Assembly: GCA_964396935.1 (NCBI GenBank)
Contig: CAYNGK010000003.1
Location: 1 to 30,971, forward strand
DNA length: 30,971 nucleotides
DNA from: an uncultured Methanosarcinales archaeon
GTDB taxonomy: Archaea; Nanobdellota; Nanobdellia; Woesearchaeales; UBA525
Direction: 5' to 3'
Positions 1 to 8,717 of this stretch are shown piece by piece. Position 1 is the stretch's first letter. Every line of letters begins with the position of its first letter. The notes below the pieces were generated by a model. It ran no database searches, was not told the DNA's origin, and was given only the letters and a program-made list of their open reading frames with translations. Position numbers and translations under genes: made by a program.

Positions 1-534
1 AGTCTCGACGAGCATCGCCTCGTGCGCGAGCCCGTGGTACCCGTCGCGTGCGATGCCATGCTCGCGCGCGATGGCGCGCGGCAACGCGTACGTGCGCGCG
101 ACCGCGGGCATCGATCGGTGGAATGCGGTGTCGAAACAGCCGATCTGGCGCGCGTGCGGGTACGCGCGTGCGGCGGCGCGCGCGATCGCGAGCTGCGCCG
201 GTTGGTGCAGGGGTGCGCGTGCCGCGTACCGGTCGAGCTCCTTGAGGACGGCGGGGGTGAGGGTGGCGGCGCGGTCGTGTGTCCCGCCATGCACGATGCG
301 ATGCGCGACCGCGTCGGGCTCGTCGCCATGCAGTACCGCCGTCGAGAGCTCGAGGATGCGCGAGAACGCCTCCGTATGCGTGCGTGCGCGCACCGTGTAC
401 TCCTCGTCACTCACGCGCATGCGGGCCAGCGGCCCGACACGATCGACTTGACCGTTGAGCGCAATTCGTTCCCCGTCGACGATGCGGAACTTGACGCTGG
501 AGCTGCCGGCGTCAAGTATGAGCGTTCGCACCAC
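1..534 (-). CDS. ackA: Acetate kinase, N-terminal 178 codons (runs off the window edge; absent from the ORF track)
   Basis: Manual translation from GTG at 534 (or 531) gives MVRTLILDAGSSSVKFRI...AVAHRIVHGG...APLHQP...CFDTAFH...GIARDGYHGLAHE. This matches the acetate kinase motifs NxGSSSxK, HRVVHGG, APLHNP, FDTAFH and RYGFHG. It starts 8 nt after the xfp stop, with SD-like GGTGAGG. Confidence 0.88.
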   Translation of the reverse strand, partial: MVRTLILDAGSSSVKFRIVDGERIALNGQVDRVGPLARMRVSDEEYTVRARTHTEAFSRILELSTAVLHGDEPDAVAHRIVHGGTHDRAATLTPAVLKELDRYAARAPLHQPAQLAIARAAARAYPHARQIGCFDTAFHRSMPAVARTYALPRAIAREHGIARDGYHGLAHEAMLVET

Positions 535-542
535 CGGTCCCC

Positions 543-2954
543 TCACCCGTGGCGATGCTCGTCGTGGTGGTGCGGGATCCGGTGCGGCGTCTGTGCCTGG
601 TCGGATGCCTCGACATCGCCCCATGTCCACTCGCTGATCTCCGGCGGATCGCGTCCGTGCTCGAGGATGTACGCCTGGTGCTCGAGCAAGGACCGCTCGA
701 GCTGCGCGACGAGCAGGTTCTCGCGGGCAGCGATCTGCGGGTTGTGGTGCGCTGCCTGCTGGATGCAGCGGCGCGCGAGATGGAAGCGGGAGACATTGTT
801 GCGCACGAGCATATCGAAGGGGGTCGTGGTCGTGCCCTTCTCGATGTACCCGTAGATGCGGAAGCGCGCGTTGCGCGGCCGGTCGAACAGGAGCTGCTTG
901 ACCGCTCCAGGATAGCCGTGGAAGCTGATGATCGTGGTGCGATCGATGGGGAAGAGCTGCTGGAACCGGCCGTCGTCCATCCCGTTGGGGTAGAACGGCT
1001 CTGGTCCGAGCGCATTGAGCTCGTTCACATTCACGAAACGCACGCGCACCTCTGGCGCGATCTTGCGCAAGAGCATGATCGCCGCAAGGCATTCCTGGAC
1101 CTGGTAGTCGCCGATGCCGCACAGGATCACGTCCGGGTCCTCGTGGCTCGCGAAGCGCCAGACGCCGGCGCCCACACGCGCCTGGTCGCGCGCTTCCTGG
1201 TACGTGAGCCACTGGCGGATGGGTTGCTTGTCCGCGACGATCACGTTCACGCGGTTCACGCTGCGCAAGCTGTGATCAGCGACGGTCAGGAGCATATTCG
1301 CGTCCGCTGGCAGGTAGATGCGCACGAGCTGCTCCTCGCGCGCCTTGTTCAGGAGCGTGTTGATGAACCCGGGGTTCTGGTGCGAGAACCCGTTATGGTC
1401 CTGGCGCCAGCACACGGAGGTGAGGATGTAATTGAGCGATGATACAGGCGGCCGCCACTCGTAATCCTGGCTCATCTCGATGAACTTCAGGTACTGGCTC
1501 ACCATGCTGTCGACGATCGGAAGGAACGCCTCGTAGCTTGGGAACAGGCCGTGGCGTCCGGTCAGCAGATATCCTTGCAGCCATCCTTGGAGGGTGTGTT
1601 CGCTCAGAATCTCCATCACCTGGCCGCCCGGGGCGAGGGTCTTGTCCTCCGTGCTGTGCGGCCAGCTGTACGCGCGGCTTGTCGCGGCGAGCACCGCATC
1701 GAGCTTGTTGCTCGCGAGCTCGTCGGGACTGAAGATGCGCAGGTTGTCCTTGTTGAACCGCACCGCCCACGTGAGGAACTGGCCGAGCACCGGGGTGCTG
1801 CCGGCGAGATCATGCCCTCGATGGTGGATGGGGACTTCGAACTCCTCGGGTGCGGGGAGCTCGAGCGGTTTGCGTATCTGCCCGCCAATCGCGTGCGGGT
1901 TGCTCGCGATGCGCAGCGGCCCTTCCGGAAGGCGAGCACGCAGACGCGTGCTCCAACCGTCCGCGAAGATACGTGCGGGCTTGTAGGACCGCAGCCAGGC
2001 TTCAAGCGCCTTACGGCTTTTGGGGTTCACCTTCGCGTCCTTCGCGGGGACCTGGTGGCTGCGCCACGTGCCGGTGATCTTGTCCTTGCCCAACCGTGCG
2101 ATGCCCGTCATGCCCTTGGGGCTCTCGAAGATGAGCACCGGCCACTTCGGCCGGCTCTCCGGTTTGCCCCGGCGCGCGGCGCGCTGGATGCGACGGATGG
2201 CGTCTTGCGCCCATGTGAGGGCCTGGTGCATCTGCTGGTGATCGGGGCCGACGAAACGCGGCGCGTACCCGTAACCTTGGAACAGCTTCGTGAGCTCGTC
2301 GCGACTCATCGTCGCGTAGATGGTGGGATTGCTGATCTTGTACCCGTTGAGGTGGATGATGGGCAATACCGCGCCGTCTTTTTTCGGATCGAGCCACTTC
2401 GTGCTGTGCCACGCGGCAGCCGTCGGTCCGGTCTCGGCTTCGCCGTCGCCGACCACGCACGCGACGATCAGGTCGGGATTGTCGAACGCGGCGCCGAACG
2501 CGACACTGAGCGCGTATCCGAGCTCGCCGCCTTCATGGATGCAGCCCGGCACGCCGGGGTTGAGGTGGCTTGGGAACCCGCCCGGCCAGCAGAAGGATTT
2601 GATGAGGTTCGCGACACCGGCCTTGTCGGGCGTGAGTTCGGGATAGTACGGCTGGAGCGAACCGTCGATGAACGCGTTCGCGAGGAAGGACGCGAACCCG
2701 TGACCCGGTCCGGTGATCAGGAGCGTCGATTGCGATCGCTTCTTGGCGAGCAGCGACAGGTGCGTGTAGATGAGATTCAGACCTGGGCAGGTGCCCCAGT
2801 GGCCAAGGAGCGCGTCCTTGATGTGCTCCGCCTTGAGCGGGTGCTCCAGGAACGCGTTCTCCTTGAGGTAGATCATGGATGCGGCCAGATAGTTCGCCGC
2901 CGTCCAGTGCTCCTGTGCCCAGGACGTCTCATCCTTGGTCAGCCGTTGCGCGAT
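543..2954 (-). CDS. xfp: Phosphoketolase (XFP family, TPP-dependent), ~803 aa, probable ATC start
   Basis: Motifs LLGHWGTCPGLN, GCIHEGGELGY, GDGEAETGP, WRQDHNGFSHQNPG and GYIEKGTTTTPFDM are present. The frame stays open upstream of the track's ATG (2876) through the conserved HWTAANYL motif to ATC at 2954. Confidence 0.93.
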   Translation of the reverse strand: MAQRLTKDETSWAQEHWTAANYLAASMIYLKENAFLEHPLKAEHIKDALLGHWGTCPGLNLIYTHLSLLAKKRSQSTLLITGPGHGFASFLANAFIDGSLQPYYPELTPDKAGVANLIKSFCWPGGFPSHLNPGVPGCIHEGGELGYALSVAFGAAFDNPDLIVACVVGDGEAETGPTAAAWHSTKWLDPKKDGAVLPIIHLNGYKISNPTIYATMSRDELTKLFQGYGYAPRFVGPDHQQMHQALTWAQDAIRRIQRAARRGKPESRPKWPVLIFESPKGMTGIARLGKDKITGTWRSHQVPAKDAKVNPKSRKALEAWLRSYKPARIFADGWSTRLRARLPEGPLRIASNPHAIGGQIRKPLELPAPEEFEVPIHHRGHDLAGSTPVLGQFLTWAVRFNKDNLRIFSPDELASNKLDAVLAATSRAYSWPHSTEDKTLAPGGQVMEILSEHTLQGWLQGYLLTGRHGLFPSYEAFLPIVDSMVSQYLKFIEMSQDYEWRPPVSSLNYILTSVCWRQDHNGFSHQNPGFINTLLNKAREEQLVRIYLPADANMLLTVADHSLRSVNRVNVIVADKQPIRQWLTYQEARDQARVGAGVWRFASHEDPDVILCGIGDYQVQECLAAIMLLRKIAPEVRVRFVNVNELNALGPEPFYPNGMDDGRFQQLFPIDRTTIISFHGYPGAVKQLLFDRPRNARFRIYGYIEKGTTTTPFDMLVRNNVSRFHLARRCIQQAAHHNPQIAARENLLVAQLERSLLEHQAYILEHGRDPPEISEWTWGDVEASDQAQTPHRIPHHHDEHRHG

Positions 2955-2958
2955 GTCC

Positions 2959-2995
2959 TCACCTCTCGTCGGAACCCGCCACGGGAGTATTTAAA
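2959..2995 (-). promoter_or_regulatory. TATA box (TTTAAATA, 2995-2988) and Shine-Dalgarno (GAGGTGA, 2965-2959) of the xfp-ackA operon
   Basis: AT-rich octamer in GC-rich DNA upstream of xfp. The SD lies 4 nt before the ATC, the same spacing as AGGTGA-tagc-ATG at 19955 and GAGGTGG-agct-ATG at 9284. Confidence 0.7.
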
Positions 2996-3039
2996 GGTTC
3001 GGTATCCCTTGGCGATGGCCCTTTACGAGATCACGACCG

Positions 3040-3306
3040 TCAGATCCCGAATGTCTCGGCCATGGCCGTGAGCTGGCGGTACTCCTGGAGGAACCGGTGC
3101 CCTTTCTCCGTCAGGACGTACATGCGACTCGTGCCCTGCTTCTCCTCCGCAAGCAAACCACCATCGATGAGCTCGCGCACGTAGCGACGCAGCGCCTCAT
3201 GGCTCAGGTTCGCCTTGTACAGGAGATGCGTCGGTTTGATGCGACCGCCTTTCGCCTGCGTGACGCGCAGCATATCGTGCAGGAGGTCCATGCGCGATCG
3301 CTTCAT
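3040..3306 (-). CDS. Archaeal winged helix-turn-helix transcriptional regulator (COG3432/HTH_45-like), 88 aa
   Basis: MKRSRMDLLHDML...KPTHLLYKANLS...RYVRELIDGGLL...YVLTEKGHRFL is the typical pattern of this family. ATGA overlap with the upstream gene. Confidence 0.85.
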   Translation of the reverse strand: MKRSRMDLLHDMLRVTQAKGGRIKPTHLLYKANLSHEALRRYVRELIDGGLLAEEKQGTSRMYVLTEKGHRFLQEYRQLTAMAETFGI

Positions 3307-3941
3307 CGACCCACCCGCAGCTGGTTCATGAGCAGCACGAGGAACCCGGCGAGCGCGACCACGTAGGAGAGCACGTACAGGATGGAGCCCATGAACAGGA
3401 GCGCGAGCAGGACCTCACCGAGGAAGATGAGAAGGAAACCGCTAAACACGACCGCACAACCGTGCTTGATGAGGTGGCGACGATACACCTGGATGATGAT
3501 GGAAAGAAGCAGGACGCTCACGAGCGCATAGAACGTCGCGGTGCCGTGGTGGCTGAGCGCGAACGCGAACAGCACAAGGGTGAACAGCAGGGATTGGAGT
3601 CCCCAGTCGCGCACGTCGTGGTACAGGATGACGAGCGTCACGAGGCCGGCCAAAAAGAGCGCGCCGTGCGCGAACGAGAGCCACCAGACCGTCTCGAGCA
3701 TCTCGTGTGGCATCGCAAGGAACGGGACGCGACCCGCATCGATCGCGAGCACACCGTGCGCGGCGGCGAGCGAGAGGTAGCTGAGGGAGACGAACCCGAA
3801 GCCCCACGCGAGGAGCGTGTACTTGCGTTCCCGAAGCAGCATCGTCCCTCGCGCTGCGGCAAGAGCGATGAGACCAGCGACGAGGAAGACCACGAGATCG
3901 ACGATCGCGTCAAGACCGTGGAACCACTGGGGACCGACCAT
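3303..3941 (-). CDS. Polytopic membrane protein (~6-7 TM), 212 aa, function unknown
   Basis: Successive hydrophobic segments. A TTAAAA box at ~3966-3971 lies about 25 nt upstream, and the gene is translationally coupled to the wHTH gene. Confidence 0.8.
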   Translation of the reverse strand: MVGPQWFHGLDAIVDLVVFLVAGLIALAAARGTMLLRERKYTLLAWGFGFVSLSYLSLAAAHGVLAIDAGRVPFLAMPHEMLETVWWLSFAHGALFLAGLVTLVILYHDVRDWGLQSLLFTLVLFAFALSHHGTATFYALVSVLLLSIIIQVYRRHLIKHGCAVVFSGFLLIFLGEVLLALLFMGSILYVLSYVVALAGFLVLLMNQLRVGR

Positions 3942-4055
3942 CAGCCATCCGTCGCCAGGTGCGGCTTTTAAGGGTTGTGGAGGGTTGTTCCCGACGGGAA
4001 GTCCCCAATAGATTTAGCTATGCCCTGCCGCGAACACTGCACAGGTGATGTGACT

Positions 4056-4287
4056 ATGGAATCGAACACATCGATGGCGGGCAACGCACACGAACGGCAC
4101 TACACGTCCTTCGCGTTCGGACAGGATCTCCTGTTTGGCGGCGAAGTATGGCACGACGCGCTCGTCACGCTGCAGGAGATCCTGACGGTCCCGTTGCGGT
4201 TCGCCGAATTCCACATCCATCAGGTCGCCGGCCCCCCGCGCCCCGCAGGGTCCCTTCCCCCTCCTTCTTTTCCCGCAAGGGATCTGA
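4056..4287 (+). pseudogene. Possible small ORF (~76 aa) with an apparent +1 frameshift in a C6 run
   Basis: SD AGGTGAT lies 6 nt before ATG 4056, and third codon positions are GC-rich up to ~4250. In frame there is no stop until 4592, deep inside dph6 on the other strand. Removing one C at 4232-4237 keeps GC-rich third positions and ends at TGA 4285-4287. Confidence 0.35.
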
Positions 4288-4319
4288 TCGGCCCTCTCCC
4301 GCTCTCCTGCCGAAGGGAT

Positions 4320-4997
4320 TCACGCTCCGCGCACCGCAGTGATCATCAGTTCGCCGCGATGTGGCCCCTCCATGCGCGGCTCCGACATGATCGTGACCGC
4401 ATGTTGGAAGACTGGGCCGTCAAGCACGATCGTCTCGTACTCCCCGCCTTCCCCGCCGGGATGCAGTCCGATCGACCTCTTGAGCGCAACGAGCCGGTCC
4501 ACATCCGTCTCCTCCAGCCGCCGGCCAAGCCAGGTGCGATCGAGGCCGTCGGCGGCGATCCGCGTCATGCGGATGTCGAACCCTGCCGATAGCAGCTCGC
4601 GCAGGAGCGTCGCCTGGTCCTTGTGCCACAAGGGCGCGTAGGTCTTGAGCGCGAGCTCCTGGCACATGCGCGTGACGCGCTCGTGCTGGTAGTCGGATGC
4701 AAGCGCGCCCACCGCGACACCGGCGATGCCGTGCTCCTGTTTCGCGTGCGCGAGCAGCTCACGCAGGTCCTCAAGCTCAAGCTCCTCTTGGCCCTGCGTC
4801 CGCTCGATGAGGATGGGCAGCCCCATCGCCGATGCCTGCGCGCGCAGTAACGCTTCGTGCGGCTGCTGGAACATGAATGAGTCGGGGTTCTCCGGGATGA
4901 GCGAGAGCAGGCACGCGACGTCCCACCCCTGCTCCGCGTAGTACCAGAGCGTGTTCACGGAATCCTTGCCGCCGCTAAACAAGATGCCGATGCGCAT
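4320..4997 (-). CDS. dph6: Diphthine--ammonia ligase (Dph6/MJ0570 family), 225 aa
   Basis: PP-loop LFSGGKDS, GALASDYQ, and HPGGEGGEYETIVLDGPVF. A TTTTTATA box lies upstream at ~5033-5040. Confidence 0.92.
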   Translation of the reverse strand: MRIGILFSGGKDSVNTLWYYAEQGWDVACLLSLIPENPDSFMFQQPHEALLRAQASAMGLPILIERTQGQEELELEDLRELLAHAKQEHGIAGVAVGALASDYQHERVTRMCQELALKTYAPLWHKDQATLLRELLSAGFDIRMTRIAADGLDRTWLGRRLEETDVDRLVALKRSIGLHPGGEGGEYETIVLDGPVFQHAVTIMSEPRMEGPHRGELMITAVRGA

Positions 4998-5047
4998 GGT
5001 CCACCGATGATAGCTCCTGGGTGGCGTCGCGGTATAAAAAGCCGCGG

Positions 5048-7221
5048 TCAGAACGCCTTGCGCTTGAGCAAAAGCGAGTTCCCCACCACGCTCACGCTGC
5101 TTGCTGCCATCGCTGCGCCGGCGAGCATGGGATTGAGCATGCCCAGCGCCGCGAGCGGGATCCCCAGCACGTTGTACACGAGCGCCCAGAACATGTTCTG
5201 GCGGATCTTGCGCATCGTCAGGCGCGACAATCGCAACGCCCTCACGACATCAGCGAGATCATCGCGCATGAGCACGATGCTCCCGGTCTCCATCGCGACA
5301 TCCGTCCCGCTCCCCATCGCGATGCCGATATCGGCCTGCGCGAGCGCTGGCGCGTCATTGATGCCGTCGCCCACCATCGCGACCAGCACGCCTCCTTCCT
5401 GGAGGCGCTTGACGTGCGCCGCCTTCTCACCGGGCAGCACCGAGTGGAACACGTGGTCGGGCGCGATCCCTGCTTCAGCGGCGATCGCTTTCGCAGTGCG
5501 TTCGTTGTCGCCGGTGATGAGATATGTCGCGATCCCCATCCCTTGCAACTGCGCGACAGCGCTCTTGCTTGTCGGCTTGAGGGTGTCGGCGACCGCGATC
5601 ATGCCGATGAGCTTTTTGCCCTTGGCGACGAGCATCACGGTCTGCCCTTGCGCTTCGAGCTCCTCGCGCTGCACGCGCAAGGCGTCCGTGCGCACCTTCT
5701 GGCGCGCCATGAGACGCTCGTTGCCGATCGCGATGAGATCCGTGCCGATACGCGCGCTCGCACCGTGACCTGGCACAGCAGCGAATCCCTTCACTTTCGC
5801 CGGCGCGATGCGTTGCGCGTGCGCGTACGCGACGATCGCCCGCGCGAGCGGATGCTCGGATTCCCGCTCGACGCCAGCAGCTGCCTTCAGGAGCCGCTCG
5901 ACGGTCGTCCCTTTCGCCGCGACCACTGCCGTGACGACGGGCTTGCCGGTCGTGATCGTGCCGGTCTTGTCCAGCACGATCGCGTGCACTCGCTGCGCTG
6001 CCTCGAGGGCGTCGCCGCCCTTGATGAGCACGCCCGCTTGCGCGCCCTTGCCGGTGCCGACCATGATCGCGGTGGGTGTCGCGAGCCCCAACGCGCACGG
6101 GCACGCGATGACGAGCACGGCGACCGCCGCGAGGATGCTCTCTCCGTGCCTGCGAAGACCCAGCGCCAGGCGGCGAACGTCCCGATCGCGATGAGGATGA
6201 CCGCCGGCACGAACCACGCGCTCACGCGATCGGCGAAGCGCTGGATGGGTGCCTTGCGCCCTTGCGCGTCACTGATGAGCTTGATGATGTGCGCGAGGGT
6301 CGTGTCCGCGCCGACTTTCGTCGCCTTGACGCGCAACGATCCGGTCGTGTTCACAGTCGCACCGATGACTGCGCTGCCACGAGACTTCTCGACGGGGATG
6401 CTCTCACCGGTCAGCATGCTCTCATCGACCGAGCTCGTGCCTTCCGTCACGATGCCGTCGACCGGGATGCGTTCACCTGGACGCACGAGCAGGAGATCGC
6501 CCGCCAAGACCTGATCCACCGGCACCTCGTGGTGCTCCTTGCCGCGGATGACGGTCGCGGTCTTCGGCGTGAGGGTCATGAGTGCCTGGATGGCGGCGCT
6601 CGTGCGGCCACGCGCCTTCGCCTCGAGGTACTTGCCAAGGAGCACGAGCGTGATGAGGACCGCGGCGGTCTCGAAGTACTGCTCCATCGCGCCAAGCGCG
6701 AACACGAGGTACACGCTGTACAGGTAGGCGGCGGATGTGCCGATGGCGATGAGCGAGTCCATGTTCGCCGATCCGTTGCGCAGTGCCGCCCATGTGCCGC
6801 GGTAGAACGGCCAACCGACGTAGAATTGGACTGGCGTCACGAGCAGGAACAGGAGATATGGCGCGAACGGTATGGTGATGCCGGTCGGTCCTCCTTCCAT
6901 AAAGAGCATCCCGATGATGAGGGCGGGGACCGTGAAGATGGCGCTCAACAGCAATCGCCTCTTGAGATCGCGCTCCTCCATGTCCTGGTGGCTGTGCTGC
7001 GCTTCCTCGCCCGTGTGCGGGTGCGCACCGTAGCCGCGTTTCTCGACGGCGCTGATGAGTGTTGCCGGGTCGACGTTGTCCTCGTGGTCGATCGTCGCGC
7101 GAGCAAGCGCGTAGTTCACGTTCGCCTCCTTGACGCCGTCAGCCTTCTTGAGCCCGCGCGTGATGATGTTCGCGCAACTCGCGCAGTGCATGCCGGTGAT
7201 GTCAAGTGTAGTGGTCTTCAT
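5048..7221 (-). pseudogene. copA: Cu(I)-translocating P1B-ATPase split by a frameshift at ~6138-6147
   Basis: The 5' frame carries HMA GMHCASC, NMDSLIA, YFETAA and TGES. The 3' frame carries [33 protein letters not shown], and YN/MAASS. The frames join at ...WVFAGT(E)/GESILAAV... over a GAGAGAG run. Confidence 0.9.
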
Positions 7222-7240
7222 GGTGATCCTCGCGCGGGGC

Positions 7241-8125
7241 TCAATACAGCCCTCTCGGGAGCAGCAGTGTGAGTGCGGTCGTCACGAGCATGATCGCGGC
7301 CGCGACGACGATCGCTGCCCATGCGGGCCACGGCATGATCTCGGCGCCTGTCCCCTCATGCTCTTGCGCGATGACGCGCATGAGCCCGGCGAGAGCGATG
7401 CCGTTCACGGCGATCGTGATCGCGATGAAGATCACCGGGTGCTCGAGGACCATCATCACGGTGAGCATCGCACCCATCGTGCCGCCCATGAACCCCGCCA
7501 TGATGCCTTCCATGGCGCCCATGATGCCGCAGCAGCGTCCTGCGTACACGCCTGCCGGGATGCCTAGGAGGATGCCGATCGTGGCGCCCCAGAACATCCC
7601 GTTGAGGAGGCCGGCGACGGCGCCGATCATGAATCCGGTGCTCATGCCGATGGTCATGCCGACCATCATCCCGGTCATGCACGAGACCTCGCGACGGTAT
7701 GCGCGCTGGTGCCAGATCGCCATGAGATTGACGCCGACCGCGACCGCGAGCAAAAGGAGCGGTGCGACGTACTTCGGGCTCCATGCGGGGAATGACGGTG
7801 CGAGATAGCGCAAGAAAAGCGATTGTATGCCGATGAGGATGGCGAGGCCAACCGCGCCTGCGGCGATGATCCGTCGTTCGACGGCCGTGGACGGTGTGGC
7901 GGCCGGGTTCGCTGCCTTCTTCTTCGTGTCGGAGAGCTTGTAGCCATGGCGCGCGAGCGCATCTGCGATGCGGCGCTTGGATACGTCCGCGTGCTCGATG
8001 ATCGCCTTACCGGTCTTGACGTCGATGCGCTGCACCGTGACATCTTCTTTGGCGAGGTCGCGTGTGATGACGCGTGCGCATGCTGCGCAGTGCGTTCCTT
8101 CGATGGTGATCTCCTGTGTCGTCAT
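7241..8125 (-). CDS. HMA-domain protein fused to a Met/Gly-rich polytopic membrane domain, 294 aa
   Basis: The likely start is [16 protein letters not shown] (ATG 8125, 1 nt after the copZ stop, SD GGAGG). The membrane region has 15 Met and 3 Cys in 78 residues. Confidence 0.8.
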   Translation of the reverse strand: MTTQEITIEGTHCAACARVITRDLAKEDVTVQRIDVKTGKAIIEHADVSKRRIADALARHGYKLSDTKKKAANPAATPSTAVERRIIAAGAVGLAILIGIQSLFLRYLAPSFPAWSPKYVAPLLLLAVAVGVNLMAIWHQRAYRREVSCMTGMMVGMTIGMSTGFMIGAVAGLLNGMFWGATIGILLGIPAGVYAGRCCGIMGAMEGIMAGFMGGTMGAMLTVMMVLEHPVIFIAITIAVNGIALAGLMRVIAQEHEGTGAEIMPWPAWAAIVVAAAIMLVTTALTLLLPRGLY

Positions 8126-8126
8126 G

Positions 8127-8324
8127 CTACGTCGCCTCCGCCCGATACCCTTCGGCCTGAATCGCCGCGACGAGCGTGTCCTTGCGGACGCTCTTGTCGT
8201 GCTCCACGCTCGCCTTGCCCATCGTGACGCGTGCCTTGCGCACACCGGGGATGTCCGTGAGGACCTCCTCGAGGAGTGCGACACAGCTCGCGCAGTGCAT
8301 CCCGTCGATCTTCAGTTCTGTCAT
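8127..8324 (-). CDS. copZ: CopZ-like copper chaperone (HMA), 65 aa
   Basis: MTELKIDGMHCASC...AIQAEGY. ATGA overlap with the ArsR stop, SD GGAGG. Confidence 0.9.
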   Translation of the reverse strand: MTELKIDGMHCASCVALLEEVLTDIPGVRKARVTMGKASVEHDKSVRKDTLVAAIQAEGYRAEAT

Positions 8325-8698
8325 GCTTTCCTCCCGCAGCAGCACGCCTTCGCTGCGTCCGCGCAGTGCGTGCGCGCATGGTCATCGATCATCGCGAACA
8401 ACGGCTTGATGGTCCTCTTGTCGAGCGTGTAGATGCGATACTTCCCGGCGCGCGCTGCAGTGACGAACCCGCGCTCCTCGAGCTGCTTGAGCGCGTGGCT
8501 CACCGCCGTCTGCTCGAGGGCGGTCTCCTTCGCGATATCCGTCACGTTCTTCCCGCCGTCCAGGAGGGCAGTGATGATCGCGAGCCGGTTCTCGTTCGCG
8601 AGCGTGCTAAAGAACGTCGCGTACGGTCCGCAGGAGCAGTTGGCGCATGAGCACGTCGGGCCGCAGGAGCACCGGCCATCGCCTGTTGTTTTCTTCAT
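8321..8698 (-). CDS. ArsR/SmtB-family metalloregulator with Cys-rich N- and C-terminal tails, 125 aa
   Basis: Core FSTLANENRLAII...VTDIA...QTAVSHALKQLEERGFV...GKYRIY. The N-tail is CSCGPTCSCANCSC and the C-tail is HC...CCC. Confidence 0.9.
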   Translation of the reverse strand: MKKTTGDGRCSCGPTCSCANCSCGPYATFFSTLANENRLAIITALLDGGKNVTDIAKETALEQTAVSHALKQLEERGFVTAARAGKYRIYTLDKRTIKPLFAMIDDHARTHCADAAKACCCGRKA

Positions 8699-8717
8699 AT
8701 GATGTGAAAATCATATG
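8696..8717. promoter_or_regulatory. Putative ArsR operator: perfect 8-6-8 inverted repeat CATATGAT-gtgaaa-ATCATATG
   Basis: It lies between the TATA box (TTAAATAA, 8727-8720) and the ArsR start codon, overlapping the latter. Confidence 0.75.

Noticed and set aside
2959-2982. Seven-codon GTG uORF upstream of xfp
   Set aside because: It begins about 5 nt from the TATA box, upstream of the expected transcription start.
3011-3018. GGCGATGG resembling the start of a fluoride riboswitch
   Set aside because: The rest of the consensus is missing, and there is no downstream plus-strand gene.
3996-4320. GGGAAGTCCCC resembling the RNase P RNA CR-I motif
   Set aside because: There is no matching ACAnAAnnnGGCUUA (CR-V/P4) downstream and no room for P1-P3 upstream.
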